DNA of 64,000 nt. Origin: an uncultured Solirubrobacterales bacterium (lineage in GTDB: Bacteria; Actinomycetota; Thermoleophilia; Solirubrobacterales; 70-9). The notes under the pieces were generated by a model. The model saw only the letters and a program-made list of their open reading frames with translations. It ran no database searches and was not told where the DNA came from. The stretch spans positions 3,604-67,603 of the forward strand of contig CAVWYT010000012.1 of assembly GCA_963759295.1 (NCBI GenBank), written 5' to 3'. Below are positions 47,547 through 57,749 of the stretch, piece after piece. Within the stretch, counting starts at the first letter, position 1. Every line of letters starts with the position of its first letter. The translations under genes were made by a program, and so were the position numbers.

Positions 47547-50500
47547 ATGGCCGGCTACCAACTCGAGATTCGCCTACTCGGCGGGTTCGTCGTCTTTTTA
47601 GGGGGGCGCCCCGTATCCGATGGCGCATGGCGACTGCGCAAGGCCAAGGGCGTGGTCAAGCTGCTCGCGCTCACCCCTGAGCATCGCCTTCATCGCGATC
47701 GGGTGGCCGAGCTGCTCTGGCCCGATCGTGATTCCGCCTCCGCCGCGAACAACCTGCACCAGGCCCTCCATGCGGCGCGCAGAGCGCTGAAGACGGCCGC
47801 TGCGGATGCTGACCGATGGCTTCAGTTGCGCGACGAGGCGCTCTCACTCGGCGACGGCGATAAGCCGCTGATCGACCTCGAGGCCTTCGAGGCGGCTGCC
47901 GAGCGTGCCCGGACGACCGGCACCGCCGACGCGTACCGCGAGGCGCTGGCGCTCTACAGAGGCGAGCTGCTGCCGGAAGACCGCTACGAGGATTGGACGG
48001 CGGGAGCGCGCGAGACGGTCCGCGAGCTCCGCCTCGGGCTGTTGGTGGAGCTGGCCGAGGTTCACGGCGCGTCGGGTGAGGGCGGGACAGCGATCGACGT
48101 GCTCCAGAAGGTGGTGGCGGAGGACCCCCTCCATGAGGGTGCGCAGCGCCGGCTGATGGAGCTCTTCGCCGAGGGCGGACGGCGCCAGCAGGCGCTGGGG
48201 CAGTTCCAGCAGCTGCGTCAGACGCTGCGCCGCGAGCTCGAGGCCGATCCCGAGCCGCAGACGCGCGAGCTGTACCAGGACATCCTGGCCGGGCGCTTCT
48301 TGCCGGCCCAGGGCGCCCGTGCCGCTGCGCCCGACCGCGGGCCCGCCGCCCGCCGCCAGGGTGCGGCGGTGAAGCGGCGGCTGCACAACCTCCCGCTGCA
48401 GCTGACGAGCTTCATCGGCCGCCGGCGCGAGCTCGAGGACGTGCGCGGGGCGCTGGGCCGCACCCGCCTGCTCACCCTCACGGGCCCCGGTGGTTGCGGG
48501 AAGACGCGCCTGGCCCTCGAGATCGCCGAGGGAGCGGTTGGCGACTTCGAGGACGGCGTCTGGGTGATCGAGCTGGCCTCCGTCTTCGACCCGGCCCTCG
48601 TCGTCCAGGAGACCGCGGCGGTCCTCGAGCTGCTGGTGCGCAGCTCTGAGCACGCGGCCGACGTCCTGGCCGGACAGATTGGCGACCGGGAGCTGATGTT
48701 GGTGGTCGACAACTGTGAGCATCTGATCGATGCCTGCGCAGAGCTCGCCGGGTCGCTGCTGCGGGCCTGTCCGAACCTGAGGATCCTCGCCACCAGTCGG
48801 GAGCCGCTGCGGGTCTCGGGTGAGGTCACCTGGCGGGTGCCGTCGCTGGCCCTGCCGGCCGCCGCCTTGGCCCCCGACCCCGATGTGCTCGACGCCTACG
48901 CGGCCGTGCGCCTGTTCGGCGAGCGTGCCTCGGACGTCGTCGCCGGGTTCAGCCTCGACGACGAGAACGCCGCGGCGGTGGCCGAGATCTGCCGTCGTCT
49001 CGACGGGATGCCGCTTGCGATCGAGCTGGCGGCCGCACGAATCGCGCTTCTCTCGCCGATCCAGATCGCCGAGCGCCTGCGCGAGTCGCTCGCGGTGCTC
49101 GGTGACAGCAGAACGGGCCCGACCCGCCAGCAGACGCTCACCGCGACGCTGCAGTGGAGCCACGATCTCCTCGACGCCGACGAGCGTGCCCTGTTCCGCA
49201 GGCTTGCCGTGTTCGCGGGATCTTTTCGCCTCGACGCGGCCGAGACGGTCTGCACAGGCGCCGACATCGACTCGGGCCGGATCCTGCAACTGCTCGGACA
49301 GCTGGTGGACAAGTCCCTGGTCGGCACCGAGGAGGAGGCCGGCGAGAATCGCTACCGGATGCTGGAGACGATCCGCCAGTACGCACGCGAGCGCCTCCGG
49401 GAAGCCCGCGAGGAGGAGCTCGTGGAGGCGGCCCAGCGGCAATGGTGCCTCACCTTTGCCGAGGAGGCCGAGCGGGAAGCGCAGGCGGATGCCGGGCCTG
49501 TCTATGTGAGGCTCGAGCTCGAACACGACAATCTGCGTGCGGCGCTTGCCTCGGCGCTCGAGCACGACCCGCCCGCCGCCCTCCGGCTCGCCGTCGCCCT
49601 GTGGGAGTTCTGGCGCGCGCAGGGTGACTTCGCCGAGGGCTCGCGCTGGCTCGACGACGCCCTCGCCCGCAATCCCGAGCGCTCGGCGCTGCGCGCCCGA
49701 GCGCTGTTCGCGGCGGAGGCCTTCGACGTGCGCCGCGGGCGCGTCGATCGGATCGTGGACCTGGGTGAGGAATGCGTCGCCATCTATCGCGAGCTCGGTG
49801 ATCGCAGCGCCGCCGCCGAGGCCCTGCACATCGCGGGCTTCATCCAGCACTCGGGGTTCATGCGCTGGAACCGGACCTCTCCCCCCGGGTCGCGCCTCGA
49901 GGGCGCGGACGGCTACCGGTCCGCGCAGCGCGCCTATGAGGAGAGCATGGCGATCGCCGCGGAGGAGGACGATCCCACGATCGCCGCGGCGGTGCACCAC
50001 GCCCAGGGCATCGAGGCACATTGTCGTGGCGATGACGAGGCGGCGATCCGCAAGATGCGCGAGAGCGTCGAGCTGGCCGAGTCCGTCACCGGCGAGAACG
50101 GCGCCGGCGTCTGGGTCGTGACGATCGGCCTGCCCCTCGACCGCGACCGGCACGGGCGGCTGCGGCTGTACTTCGAGGAGACCGTGCTTCTGTTCCAGCA
50201 CGTTCCGGCCGCGGTGGCCGCGGGCTACTTCCTCTGCAGCCTGAGCCTCGTCGCCCGCACTCGGCAGGACCACGAGCTGGCCGGAACGGCCCTCGACGAC
50301 GCGCTCTCACGGTTCAACGCGAGTGGCGACAGGTTCGGGGCCGCCGTGGCGCTCACCCTCATGGGCGGCCTGGCTCGTTCCACCGAGCAGTTCGAGCTGG
50401 GACGGGACTGGCTCGACGAGGCGCTGGAGATCAGGCGGTCCCTGGGGGACCGGCGCGAGATCGCGCTGACCCTGTGCAACCGTGCCCTGCTGGAGGGTCG

Positions 50501-50897
50501 CGCCGGCGAGCCAGAGCGAGGTCGTGAGCTGATCGAACGGTCCTTCAGGATCATGCGGGAGACCGAGGACGTGCCCGGTGCCGCGGGCGTGACCCTCAAT
50601 CTCGCCAACCTCGAGCTCGAGGCCGGGAACCACGCGCGAGCGATGTCATTGCTCTCGGAATCTGCGGAGCTGTTTCGCGCGAACTGGTATCTGCGACCCG
50701 TTGCCTGGCCCCTTCTGGTCCTCGCCGAGACCTTGATCGAGGCGGGCGTGAACGGCGATTCGGCCACCCGTGCCCGCGACGCCCTGGCGGATGCCCGCAG
50801 GCTGTTCACCGAGGCGCGGGATGCGCGGGGCATCGGCTGCCTGGAGCGGGCGGAGGCGCAATTGGAGGCGGCGGCGCCAGGCGTCGGTGTGCGTTGA
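47547..50897 (+). CDS. AfsR-like large regulator: SARP winged-helix + BTAD + NB-ARC/AAA ATPase + TPR repeats
   Basis: The 1116-aa ORF is intact. It reads EIRLLGGFVVFLGGRPV...RLRKAKGVVKLLAL...LWPD, then BTAD (YRGELLPEDRYEDWT...DPLHEGAQRRLMELFAEGGRRQQALGQFQQLRQTLRRELEADPEPQTRELYQDIL). The P-loop is LTGPGGCGKTRLALE and Walker B is LMLVVDNCEH. The C-terminus is TPR-like. Confidence 0.85.
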   Translation: MAGYQLEIRLLGGFVVFLGGRPVSDGAWRLRKAKGVVKLLALTPEHRLHRDRVAELLWPDRDSASAANNLHQALHAARRALKTAAADADRWLQLRDEALSLGDGDKPLIDLEAFEAAAERARTTGTADAYREALALYRGELLPEDRYEDWTAGARETVRELRLGLLVELAEVHGASGEGGTAIDVLQKVVAEDPLHEGAQRRLMELFAEGGRRQQALGQFQQLRQTLRRELEADPEPQTRELYQDILAGRFLPAQGARAAAPDRGPAARRQGAAVKRRLHNLPLQLTSFIGRRRELEDVRGALGRTRLLTLTGPGGCGKTRLALEIAEGAVGDFEDGVWVIELASVFDPALVVQETAAVLELLVRSSEHAADVLAGQIGDRELMLVVDNCEHLIDACAELAGSLLRACPNLRILATSREPLRVSGEVTWRVPSLALPAAALAPDPDVLDAYAAVRLFGERASDVVAGFSLDDENAAAVAEICRRLDGMPLAIELAAARIALLSPIQIAERLRESLAVLGDSRTGPTRQQTLTATLQWSHDLLDADERALFRRLAVFAGSFRLDAAETVCTGADIDSGRILQLLGQLVDKSLVGTEEEAGENRYRMLETIRQYARERLREAREEELVEAAQRQWCLTFAEEAEREAQADAGPVYVRLELEHDNLRAALASALEHDPPAALRLAVALWEFWRAQGDFAEGSRWLDDALARNPERSALRARALFAAEAFDVRRGRVDRIVDLGEECVAIYRELGDRSAAAEALHIAGFIQHSGFMRWNRTSPPGSRLEGADGYRSAQRAYEESMAIAAEEDDPTIAAAVHHAQGIEAHCRGDDEAAIRKMRESVELAESVTGENGAGVWVVTIGLPLDRDRHGRLRLYFEETVLLFQHVPAAVAAGYFLCSLSLVARTRQDHELAGTALDDALSRFNASGDRFGAAVALTLMGGLARSTEQFELGRDWLDEALEIRRSLGDRREIALTLCNRALLEGRAGEPERGRELIERSFRIMRETEDVPGAAGVTLNLANLELEAGNHARAMSLLSESAELFRANWYLRPVAWPLLVLAETLIEAGVNGDSATRARDALADARRLFTEARDARGIGCLERAEAQLEAAAPGVGVR

Positions 50898-50969
50898 GTC
50901 GCCGCTAAGACGACGCTAAGAGCGGCCGGCGTAGGTTGGCGTCATCGAAGCCAACCAAAGGGGATCGAG

Positions 50970-52382
50970 ATGGCAACCGAGGAAATCAGCCGCACCGCGC
51001 TCGGTGAGGCAACCGTCGCAGAGCTCGAGCAGACGCTGGCCGGCGAGCTGATCCGACCGGGCGACGAGGCCTACGACGAGGCCCGCAAGATCTGGAACGG
51101 CGCCCACGACAAGCGTCCCGCGTTGATCGTGCGCTGCGCCGACACGGCCGATGTCGTGCGGGCGGTCGAGCTCGCTCGCAGCGAGGGCCTGCTCGTCGCG
51201 GTCCGCGGCGGCGGCCACTCGATCCCCGGCTTCTCCACCTGCGATGACGGGATCGTGATCGACCTCACACCGATGAAGGCCGTCGATGTCGATCCGGACG
51301 CCCGCAGCGCCCGGGCGGGCGGCGGCGTCACCTGGGCGGAGTTCGATGCGGCAACCCAGGCCCACGGACTCGCCACCACCGGAGGACTCGTCTCGACCAC
51401 CGGCCTCGGCGGCTTCACGACGGGCGGCGGGGTCGGCTGGCTGATGCGTGCGCACGGGCTGGCCTGCGACAACCTGCTCTCGGCGGAGGTCGTGACGGCC
51501 GACGGTCAGGTCGTGACCGCCAGCGCCGACGAGAACACCGACCTCTACTGGGGCATCCGCGGCGGTGGCGGCAACTTCGGCATCCTGACATCGCTCGAGT
51601 ACCGGCTGCATCCCGTCGGCCCGACGGTGGCCGCGGGACCGATCTTCTATCCGGGCGATCGCGCGGAGGAGGTCCTGCGCTTCTTCCGCGACTTCGCCGA
51701 GCAGGTCCCGGACCAGCTGTCGCTCCTCGCCAACGTGCTCACCGCGCCCCCCGCCCCATTCCTTCCCGAGGAGTGGCACGGCAAGCGCCTCGTCGCCCTC
51801 ATCGGCTGCTACGCGGGCGACGTGGATGCGGGCCTCGAGGCGATGCAGCCGATGCGCGAGCTCGGCGATCCGGTCGCGGACCTGATCGGTGAGATGCCGT
51901 ACGTGGAGATGCAGGCCCTGGTCGACGCGCTCTATCCGCGCGGCGCCCGGGCCTACTTCAAGGCGGGTTACCTGTCCGCGCTCGACGACGACGCGATCGA
52001 GACCTTGGGGCGCTACCACCAGACGGCGGCACCCGCGGCGGAGATCCACATCCACCACTTCGGCGGCGCGGTCGCTCGGGTGAAGGACGACGCCACCGCC
52101 TACGGCGAGCGCCAGGCGCCATACGTCCTCAACATCATCGCCTTGTCGCACCAACCGGAGGGCTTCGACGAAAACGTCGAGTGGGCGCAGCGGCTCTATG
52201 CCGACATCGAGCCCTCGCTCACCGGCGGGGCCTACATCAACTACCTCTCCGCCGAAGGTGCCGACCGCGTCCGGGCCGCCTACGGGGAGGAGAAGTTCGC
52301 CCGGCTCCAGGCTCTGAAGGACCGGTATGACCCCACGAACCTGTTCCGGCTGAACCAGAACATCCCGCCCAGCGCCGGCTGA
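50970..52382 (+). CDS. FAD-linked oxidase, BBE family (paralogue of 37204-38610)
   Basis: The 470-aa product reads VAVRGGGHSIPGFS...GGLVSTTGLGGFTTGGGVGWL...IRGGGGNFGILTSLEY...YINYL...RLQALKDRYDPTNLFRLNQNIPP. It is collinear with the other BBE gene and more than half identical by eye. Confidence 0.9.
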   Translation: MATEEISRTALGEATVAELEQTLAGELIRPGDEAYDEARKIWNGAHDKRPALIVRCADTADVVRAVELARSEGLLVAVRGGGHSIPGFSTCDDGIVIDLTPMKAVDVDPDARSARAGGGVTWAEFDAATQAHGLATTGGLVSTTGLGGFTTGGGVGWLMRAHGLACDNLLSAEVVTADGQVVTASADENTDLYWGIRGGGGNFGILTSLEYRLHPVGPTVAAGPIFYPGDRAEEVLRFFRDFAEQVPDQLSLLANVLTAPPAPFLPEEWHGKRLVALIGCYAGDVDAGLEAMQPMRELGDPVADLIGEMPYVEMQALVDALYPRGARAYFKAGYLSALDDDAIETLGRYHQTAAPAAEIHIHHFGGAVARVKDDATAYGERQAPYVLNIIALSHQPEGFDENVEWAQRLYADIEPSLTGGAYINYLSAEGADRVRAAYGEEKFARLQALKDRYDPTNLFRLNQNIPPSAG

Positions 52383-52446
52383 GCACCGGCGAGGCCCAAG
52401 CCACCTCCCCGGTCCGGCCGACCACGAGACCCGGGCCGGGGACTCC

Positions 52447-54138
52447 CTATTCGGTCGTTGAACTGCCGGCTTCGGAAGCCGTCCCGGCCGCCTGCAGCAG
52501 GCGAGAATCGACCAGCTCTTCGGTCAGCTGATGACTTCGCGGATATCCGGTCACCGCGGAGATGAACTGGTCGCGCTCGAGGGCGAACAGCGTCGTCGGG
52601 CTGATTGTGCGAACCGTGGCCGTGCGAGGTACGTCGCGGATCAGCGCGATCTCACCGAACGATTCTCCGCTGTAGTGGCTGTTGCAGCGAACCCCATCCC
52701 GGAAGATCGCCACCTCGCCCGCGGCGATCATGTAGAAGCGGTCGCCTCGGTCGCCCTGCGTGATCACCTCCACCCCGTCGCCGACCTCGAGGGCCGTCAT
52801 GTCATGGCAGAGGCGCTCGAGCGTCGCCACGGGGAGTGGCTGGAAGATCGCGTTGTTACGCAGCAGCGCGTAGCGGCCGTGATCCACCGAGGCCCCCGTC
52901 TCGAACGCGTGCAGCGTCTTCCAGCGCACGGCCGCGAACAGCGGCACGACCGCGGAGGCGGCCAACAGCGCCCCCCTGGTGCCGAGCAGGGCGACGAGCA
53001 GCGGGGCCACGATCGACCCGAGCGCCGCGGCCATCAGCCGCGACGTCTCCTGAAACCCGAACACCCTCGCGAGCACCTCGTCGGATGCGAGTCGCTGCAG
53101 GAAGGTCTTCCCGGCGACCTCGACGAGCGTGTAGCCGACCCCGAAGAGCGCCAGGGCGGCGTACGCGGCGCCGGCGACCGGCCAGCCGGCGATCAGGGCG
53201 CCCGCGGCGCCGATGACGAGAGCACCGCCGCCGATGCCCAGCGCGAGCTTTCCGCGGTGAAGAAGCACGGCGCACCCGGCGCCCGCGGCCAGAGCGCCGA
53301 TTCCCCAGGCCGCGTTCAGATACCCGACGCTGCTCTCCTGGAGGTCGAGGAGGTCGAGCGCCGCGACCACGACGAGCACGTCGATCATGCCCTCGAAGAA
53401 GACCAGGATCGTCAGCGTGGCCACCAGCAGCCGCAGCCCGCGGTCGGCGGTGATCGCCGAGGCGCCCGAAAGCGTCTGCCGGATCACCTGCGCGGCGGGC
53501 ACTGCATGGACGTAGGCGGGGCGCACGTCCGGCGTCAGCCGAAGCAGCAGCAACGCGGCGCCCGCGGCGGTTGCGGCAGCGAGTGCGAACACGATCGCGG
53601 GCCCCTCGAGGGCAAGCAGGACGCCGGCGCCGATTGCACCGGCGAGAAAGCCGCCGTTGTCCATGGCGCTGAGCGCGACGTTCGCGGCGGACAGCTCCTG
53701 CGGAGTGCGTGCCAGTTGGGGCAGCAGTGCCGACTGCACCGGTAGATAGGCGGCCGTGGCCAGCGCGAACGCGATCGCGGCGCAGAAGACGATCGCAGGC
53801 GCGCCGTCGGCTGCGGTTACCACGGCAGATGCGGCGAGTACGACCGTGGCGGCCCCGGCGCTCGCGATCAGGACCGCCCTGCGAGAGTGCGTGTCGCCGA
53901 CGAGCCCGGCGAACGGCGCCGCGAGCGCTCCGGGCATGAGCCGAAGCACCGCCACCAGCCCGACCCCGGCCGCGCCGCTGATGTCGAACGCGTAGACGGC
54001 GATCGCGATCGCGTACGACCAGGTCGCGAACGACATCGCGGCCCAGGCGAGCTGCGCGCGGCGCAGATCGGGATTCTCGAACACGGCGAGCGGCGTCTTC
54101 AGCGACGCGAGGAACCCGCCGACATCCTTGTCGAGCAC
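52447..54138 (-). CDS. MFS transporter fused to a C-terminal cyclic-nucleotide-binding domain
   Basis: The 563-aa product has about 12 hydrophobic helices. The cNMP domain then reads FQPLPVATLERLCHDMTALEVGDGVEVITQGDRGDRFYMIAAGEVAIF...GESFGEIALIRDVPRTATVRT. Confidence 0.85.
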   Translation of the reverse strand: MLDKDVGGFLASLKTPLAVFENPDLRRAQLAWAAMSFATWSYAIAIAVYAFDISGAAGVGLVAVLRLMPGALAAPFAGLVGDTHSRRAVLIASAGAATVVLAASAVVTAADGAPAIVFCAAIAFALATAAYLPVQSALLPQLARTPQELSAANVALSAMDNGGFLAGAIGAGVLLALEGPAIVFALAAATAAGAALLLLRLTPDVRPAYVHAVPAAQVIRQTLSGASAITADRGLRLLVATLTILVFFEGMIDVLVVVAALDLLDLQESSVGYLNAAWGIGALAAGAGCAVLLHRGKLALGIGGGALVIGAAGALIAGWPVAGAAYAALALFGVGYTLVEVAGKTFLQRLASDEVLARVFGFQETSRLMAAALGSIVAPLLVALLGTRGALLAASAVVPLFAAVRWKTLHAFETGASVDHGRYALLRNNAIFQPLPVATLERLCHDMTALEVGDGVEVITQGDRGDRFYMIAAGEVAIFRDGVRCNSHYSGESFGEIALIRDVPRTATVRTISPTTLFALERDQFISAVTGYPRSHQLTEELVDSRLLQAAGTASEAGSSTTE

Positions 54139-54426
54139 CCGCCGACCCTATCCGAAGCCCGCAGCGTGAGAACGGTCACACGCCCGAGCGAATCTGGTTA
54201 ACCCCCGTCAATCACGCTAGACTCGCCTGGCTTTCCTATTGGGGCTTCCACCACTGCCGCCCTATTGAGCCGATTGTTCCACGGACGGAAGCACGAACCG
54301 GCCTCGCTACGCCGGACCATGCGCCTAGAAAGGAATCAGGATGACCCCGAACTCGCCCGCCGTCGCCGCGGCGCCTACCGCGCCGCCGGTGCGCTTTGCG
54401 AGGCCGAGCTCCGCAGGGGGGCGCCG

Positions 54427-55621
54427 GTGAAGCGGGTCCTCACCCTCGCAGGTTGCGCGGCCGCGCTGCTAGGCCTCCCATCAACTGCGGCAAGCGCCAC
54501 GACCGACGGGACCTGGTCCTACGAGCCGGCTCCGAGCGCCACCGCGCCGGACGTCGTCTTCGCGTCGTATCAGTCCGGGTTCCCGGCCTCCTCGTCGGCG
54601 AGATTCACTCCCGACCCCCCGCTCACGTGGAGCGGCCTGACCGAGCTGAGCGCGATCTACGACCTGACGGTCGGGGATTGCTACGGCGGCTCGTTGCGCT
54701 GGTCAGTGAACTTCGACGTCAACGGCACGCCGACGAACCCGAGCGACGACCCGTCCATCTTCGTCTACTACGGGACCCCGCCGCAGTTCGGCACCGGAGG
54801 GGTCGGCGGTTGCGACGATTCATCGACTCCTCCAAATCCCCAGAGCGGCGTCAACCTGCTCGCGCTCGGCGACCGACGCTTCGACACCCGGCAGCTGAAT
54901 GGCGACTCCGCCTTCCACACATACGAGGAGACCCGTGACGCTCGTCGGCGCCACCCCGATCACCGCCGCCTCACTGGTCTTGGACTCGGGCCGGCTTGGT
55001 GACCAGGTCGGCGAGCTGACCAGCGCCACGGTGAACGAGAACGCGTTCAGCCCGGCGCCGTTCACCCCAGCGTCGCTGCCGCCTCCGGTGCTGCACGAGA
55101 GCGCGAACCTCTACCCGCAAACCGGCGAGGTGCTGGTCAAGCAAGTGGGCGCCGAAGGGTTTCAGCCGCTGACCGAGCCCGAGCAGGTTTCGCTGGGCGC
55201 CGTCATCGACGCAAGCGGCGGTCACGTCGACGTCGCCACGGCCCGAAACGAGTCCGGCGTCGTGCAGAGCGCCGAGTTCTGGGCGGGGGTGTTCAAGGTG
55301 ACGCAGACGAACGGCGAGAAGGTGCTCACCGACCTGAAGCTGGTCGGCTCCGGCTCGGCGAGCGGACGTCCGGGCCAGGCTCTGAAGCGGCGGGGCCGCA
55401 ATCGTCTCTGGGGCCGGGGGCACTGCAAGTGCCGCTCGGGGGGCCGTCACAGCGCGGGGACCGCTCGCGGGACCTGGTGGCTGACCGAGGAGTTGCCGAA
55501 GGGGACCCTGACCAAGGTCAAGAGGGGCAGCGTCAAGGTGCGGGACTTCGGGACGCACAAGAACGTGGTGGTGAAGGCGGGCCAGAGGTACCTGGCGCGT
55601 GCCAACCCACGGTCGCGCTGA
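54427..55621 (+). pseudogene. Secreted FecR-domain-like protein; 1 frameshift
   Basis: A GTG start opens the signal peptide VKRVLTLAGCAAALLGLPSTAASA. The N-part runs to ...NGDSAFHTYEET in the frame of ORF 54265-55002. A shift near 54935 leads to VTLVGATPITAASLVLDSG...GEVLVKQVGAEGFQPLTEPEQVSLGAVIDASGGHVDVATA...AGVFKVTQ in the frame of ORF 54899-55621. It lies directly upstream of a CHASE2 cyclase, a known pairing. Confidence 0.6.
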
Positions 55622-57455
55622 GCGGCGCGGGCGGCTGAGCGCCGTCCGCCTGTCGCGCATCCGCGGGCGGCTTCGTTGGCAGCTCGCGGCCGTCGCGGTG
55701 ATCTCGGCGGCGCTCGGGATCACCGCCTGGGCGCTCGACGCCTTCGACGGGCAGGAGCTCAACACGATCGACACCCGGTTCGCGATCCGCGGCGCGGAGC
55801 CGGCGCCTGACGACATCGTCGTCGTCGGGATCAACGCGTCGACGCTTCGCCATCCGGGGCTGAGCAGGTGGCCGATCTCGCGCCAGTTCCACGCCGACGC
55901 GATCGACGCGCTGAGCCGAGACGGCGCCGCGGTGATCGCCTACGACATCCAGTTCACCGAGCCGAGCGGTGACCCGGCGGCCGACAACGCCCTGATCAGG
56001 GCGGTTGGCCGCGCCGGCGGCGTCGTCCTCTCGACGACCGAGGTTGGGCCGAACGGATCGACCAACGTCTTCGGCGGCGACCGGGTCGTGCGCTCCCTCG
56101 GTGCGGAGGCCGCGAGCACGGTGCTGCCGGGCGAGTCCGACGGGGTGATCCGCAAGGTCCCCTACGAGGATCGGGGCCTGGCGAGCTTCGCCGCCGCAAC
56201 GGTGGCGCAGTGGCGCGGGCGGCCCGTCGACGCGAGCTCGTTCGAGCAGGGATCCGCCTGGATCGACTTCCGCGGCCCGCCCGGGACGATCGAGTCGATT
56301 CCCTTCTGGCGGGTCGCGACCGGCCGGTTCGCCCCGGGGACCTTCCGCGACAAGGTGGTCGTCGTCGGTACCACGGCGCCGTCGCTTCAGGACCTGCACT
56401 CGACCTCGGTCACGGGCGATGCGCTGATGTCGGGACCCGAGATCCAGGCGAACGCGATCTCGAGCATCGATCGCGGCAACCCGCTCTCGAGCTCACCCGA
56501 CGCGCTGACGATCGCGCTCATCATCCTGCTCGCGGCGCTGCCGGCGATCGCCAGTGCCCTCACATCTCCCGCGCGCGGGATGCTGATCGCGCTGGCTGTG
56601 GCGCTCGTCTATCTCGTCGCGCTCCAGCTCGCCTTCGGCGTGGGCCTGATCCTGCCCGCGGTCTATCCGCTCGGGACGCTCGCCGTCGCGACGACGGGCG
56701 CCCTGGCGGTGCAGTACCTCGCGACCGCCTTCGAGCGCCGGCGCGTGCACGACCTCTTTGCCCGCTTCGTCCCGGAACGGGTCGTCGACCAGGTGCTCGC
56801 GCGGACCGATGACGACCTGCGGCTCGGCGGCGTCCGGATCGAGGGGACGATCCTGTTCAGCGACATCCGCGGCTTCACGAGCTTCTCGGAGAGCCAACCC
56901 GCCGAGCAAGTGATCGAGATCCTCAACCGCTACCTGTCCGCGATGAGCGATGCGATCCTCGACCAGGGGGGCACGATCACGACCTACATCGGCGACGGGA
57001 TCATGGCGCTGTTCGGAGCGCCCCTGCCCGAGCCCGATCACGCCGACCGCGCCGTGGCCGCCGCGCGGGAGATGCTCGAGGAGAAGCTCCCCTCCTTCAA
57101 CGCCTGGCTGCGCGAGCAGGGTCTGGAGGAGTTCAGCATGGGGATCGGCCTCAACACCGGTCCGGTGATGGCCGGCAACGTCGGCTCGGACCGGCGGCTC
57201 GAGTACACGGCGATCGGCGACACCGTCAACACCGCCTCCCGGCTCGAGTCGATGACCAAAGATTCCGGCCATCAGGTCTTCATCGCCGACTCGACGCGTG
57301 AGGCGCTGCGCGAGCCCGATGTGCCGCTCGTCTTCGTCGACGAGGTCCCCGTGCGCGGCAGGCGCGCCACGGTCAGGGTCTGGTCACTGCCCCAGGCCGA
57401 TGAGGACGGCGGTGCCCGCTCGGCCTCTCAAACCCGATTGCGGGAGCTGATGTAG
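55599..57455 (+). CDS. CHASE2 sensor - TM - class III adenylate/guanylate cyclase
   Basis: The 618-aa product has an N-terminal TM helix, then CHASE2 (IVVVGINASTL...WPISRQFHADAIDAL...GAAVIAYDIQF), three TM helices, and the cyclase domain (ILFSDIRGFTSFSE...GDGIMALFGAP...GLNTGPVMAGNVGS..R.EYTAIGDTVNTASRLES). The exact start is uncertain. Confidence 0.9.
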   Translation: MPTHGRAERRGRLSAVRLSRIRGRLRWQLAAVAVISAALGITAWALDAFDGQELNTIDTRFAIRGAEPAPDDIVVVGINASTLRHPGLSRWPISRQFHADAIDALSRDGAAVIAYDIQFTEPSGDPAADNALIRAVGRAGGVVLSTTEVGPNGSTNVFGGDRVVRSLGAEAASTVLPGESDGVIRKVPYEDRGLASFAAATVAQWRGRPVDASSFEQGSAWIDFRGPPGTIESIPFWRVATGRFAPGTFRDKVVVVGTTAPSLQDLHSTSVTGDALMSGPEIQANAISSIDRGNPLSSSPDALTIALIILLAALPAIASALTSPARGMLIALAVALVYLVALQLAFGVGLILPAVYPLGTLAVATTGALAVQYLATAFERRRVHDLFARFVPERVVDQVLARTDDDLRLGGVRIEGTILFSDIRGFTSFSESQPAEQVIEILNRYLSAMSDAILDQGGTITTYIGDGIMALFGAPLPEPDHADRAVAAAREMLEEKLPSFNAWLREQGLEEFSMGIGLNTGPVMAGNVGSDRRLEYTAIGDTVNTASRLESMTKDSGHQVFIADSTREALREPDVPLVFVDEVPVRGRRATVRVWSLPQADEDGGARSASQTRLRELM

Positions 57456-57473
57456 CCGCTAGGGCTTGACTCA

Positions 57474-57749
57474 ATGACGCTACACGGCGACGGCGATTGG
57501 GTTGGAGTCCGCGAGCTTCACGACCGGCTGAGCGAGTACCTCGACCGCGTCGAGCGCGGATCCGACGTCGTCGTCACCCGGCGAGGTCGGCCGATCGCCC
57601 GCCTGTCCTCGGTCAAAGGCGGTGACGCGCTCGAGGAGCTCGTCCGACGCGGGCTGGTAACGCCACCGGCAGCACCCCGGCGGGCGAAGCGACCGCGGGT
57701 GAAGGCGCGAGGCTCGGTCTCCGAGCTCGTCGTCGAGCAACGGCGCTGA
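57474..57749 (+). CDS. Phd/YefM-family type II antitoxin-like protein (no cognate toxin adjacent)
   Basis: The 91-aa product is VGVRELHDRLSEYLDRVERGSDVVVTRRGRPIARLSSV, followed by a basic tail. This is the typical antitoxin N-terminal fold signature. Confidence 0.7.
   Translation: MTLHGDGDWVGVRELHDRLSEYLDRVERGSDVVVTRRGRPIARLSSVKGGDALEELVRRGLVTPPAAPRRAKRPRVKARGSVSELVVEQRR

Noticed and set aside
47547-50897. The large NB-ARC/TPR STAND protein was considered as an antiviral Avs-like defence NTPase.
   Set aside because: The N-terminus is a SARP winged-helix plus BTAD module. This is the AfsR-type transcriptional regulator architecture common in actinobacteria. There is no nuclease or other effector domain.
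54427-54456. An LAGC lipobox occurs in the FecR-like protein signal peptide (VKRVLTLAGCAAAL).
   Set aside because: The Cys would be only 10 residues from the start, which is too short for a lipoprotein signal. The segment reads better as the h-region of a Sec signal with an AxA cleavage site (AASA/TTDG).
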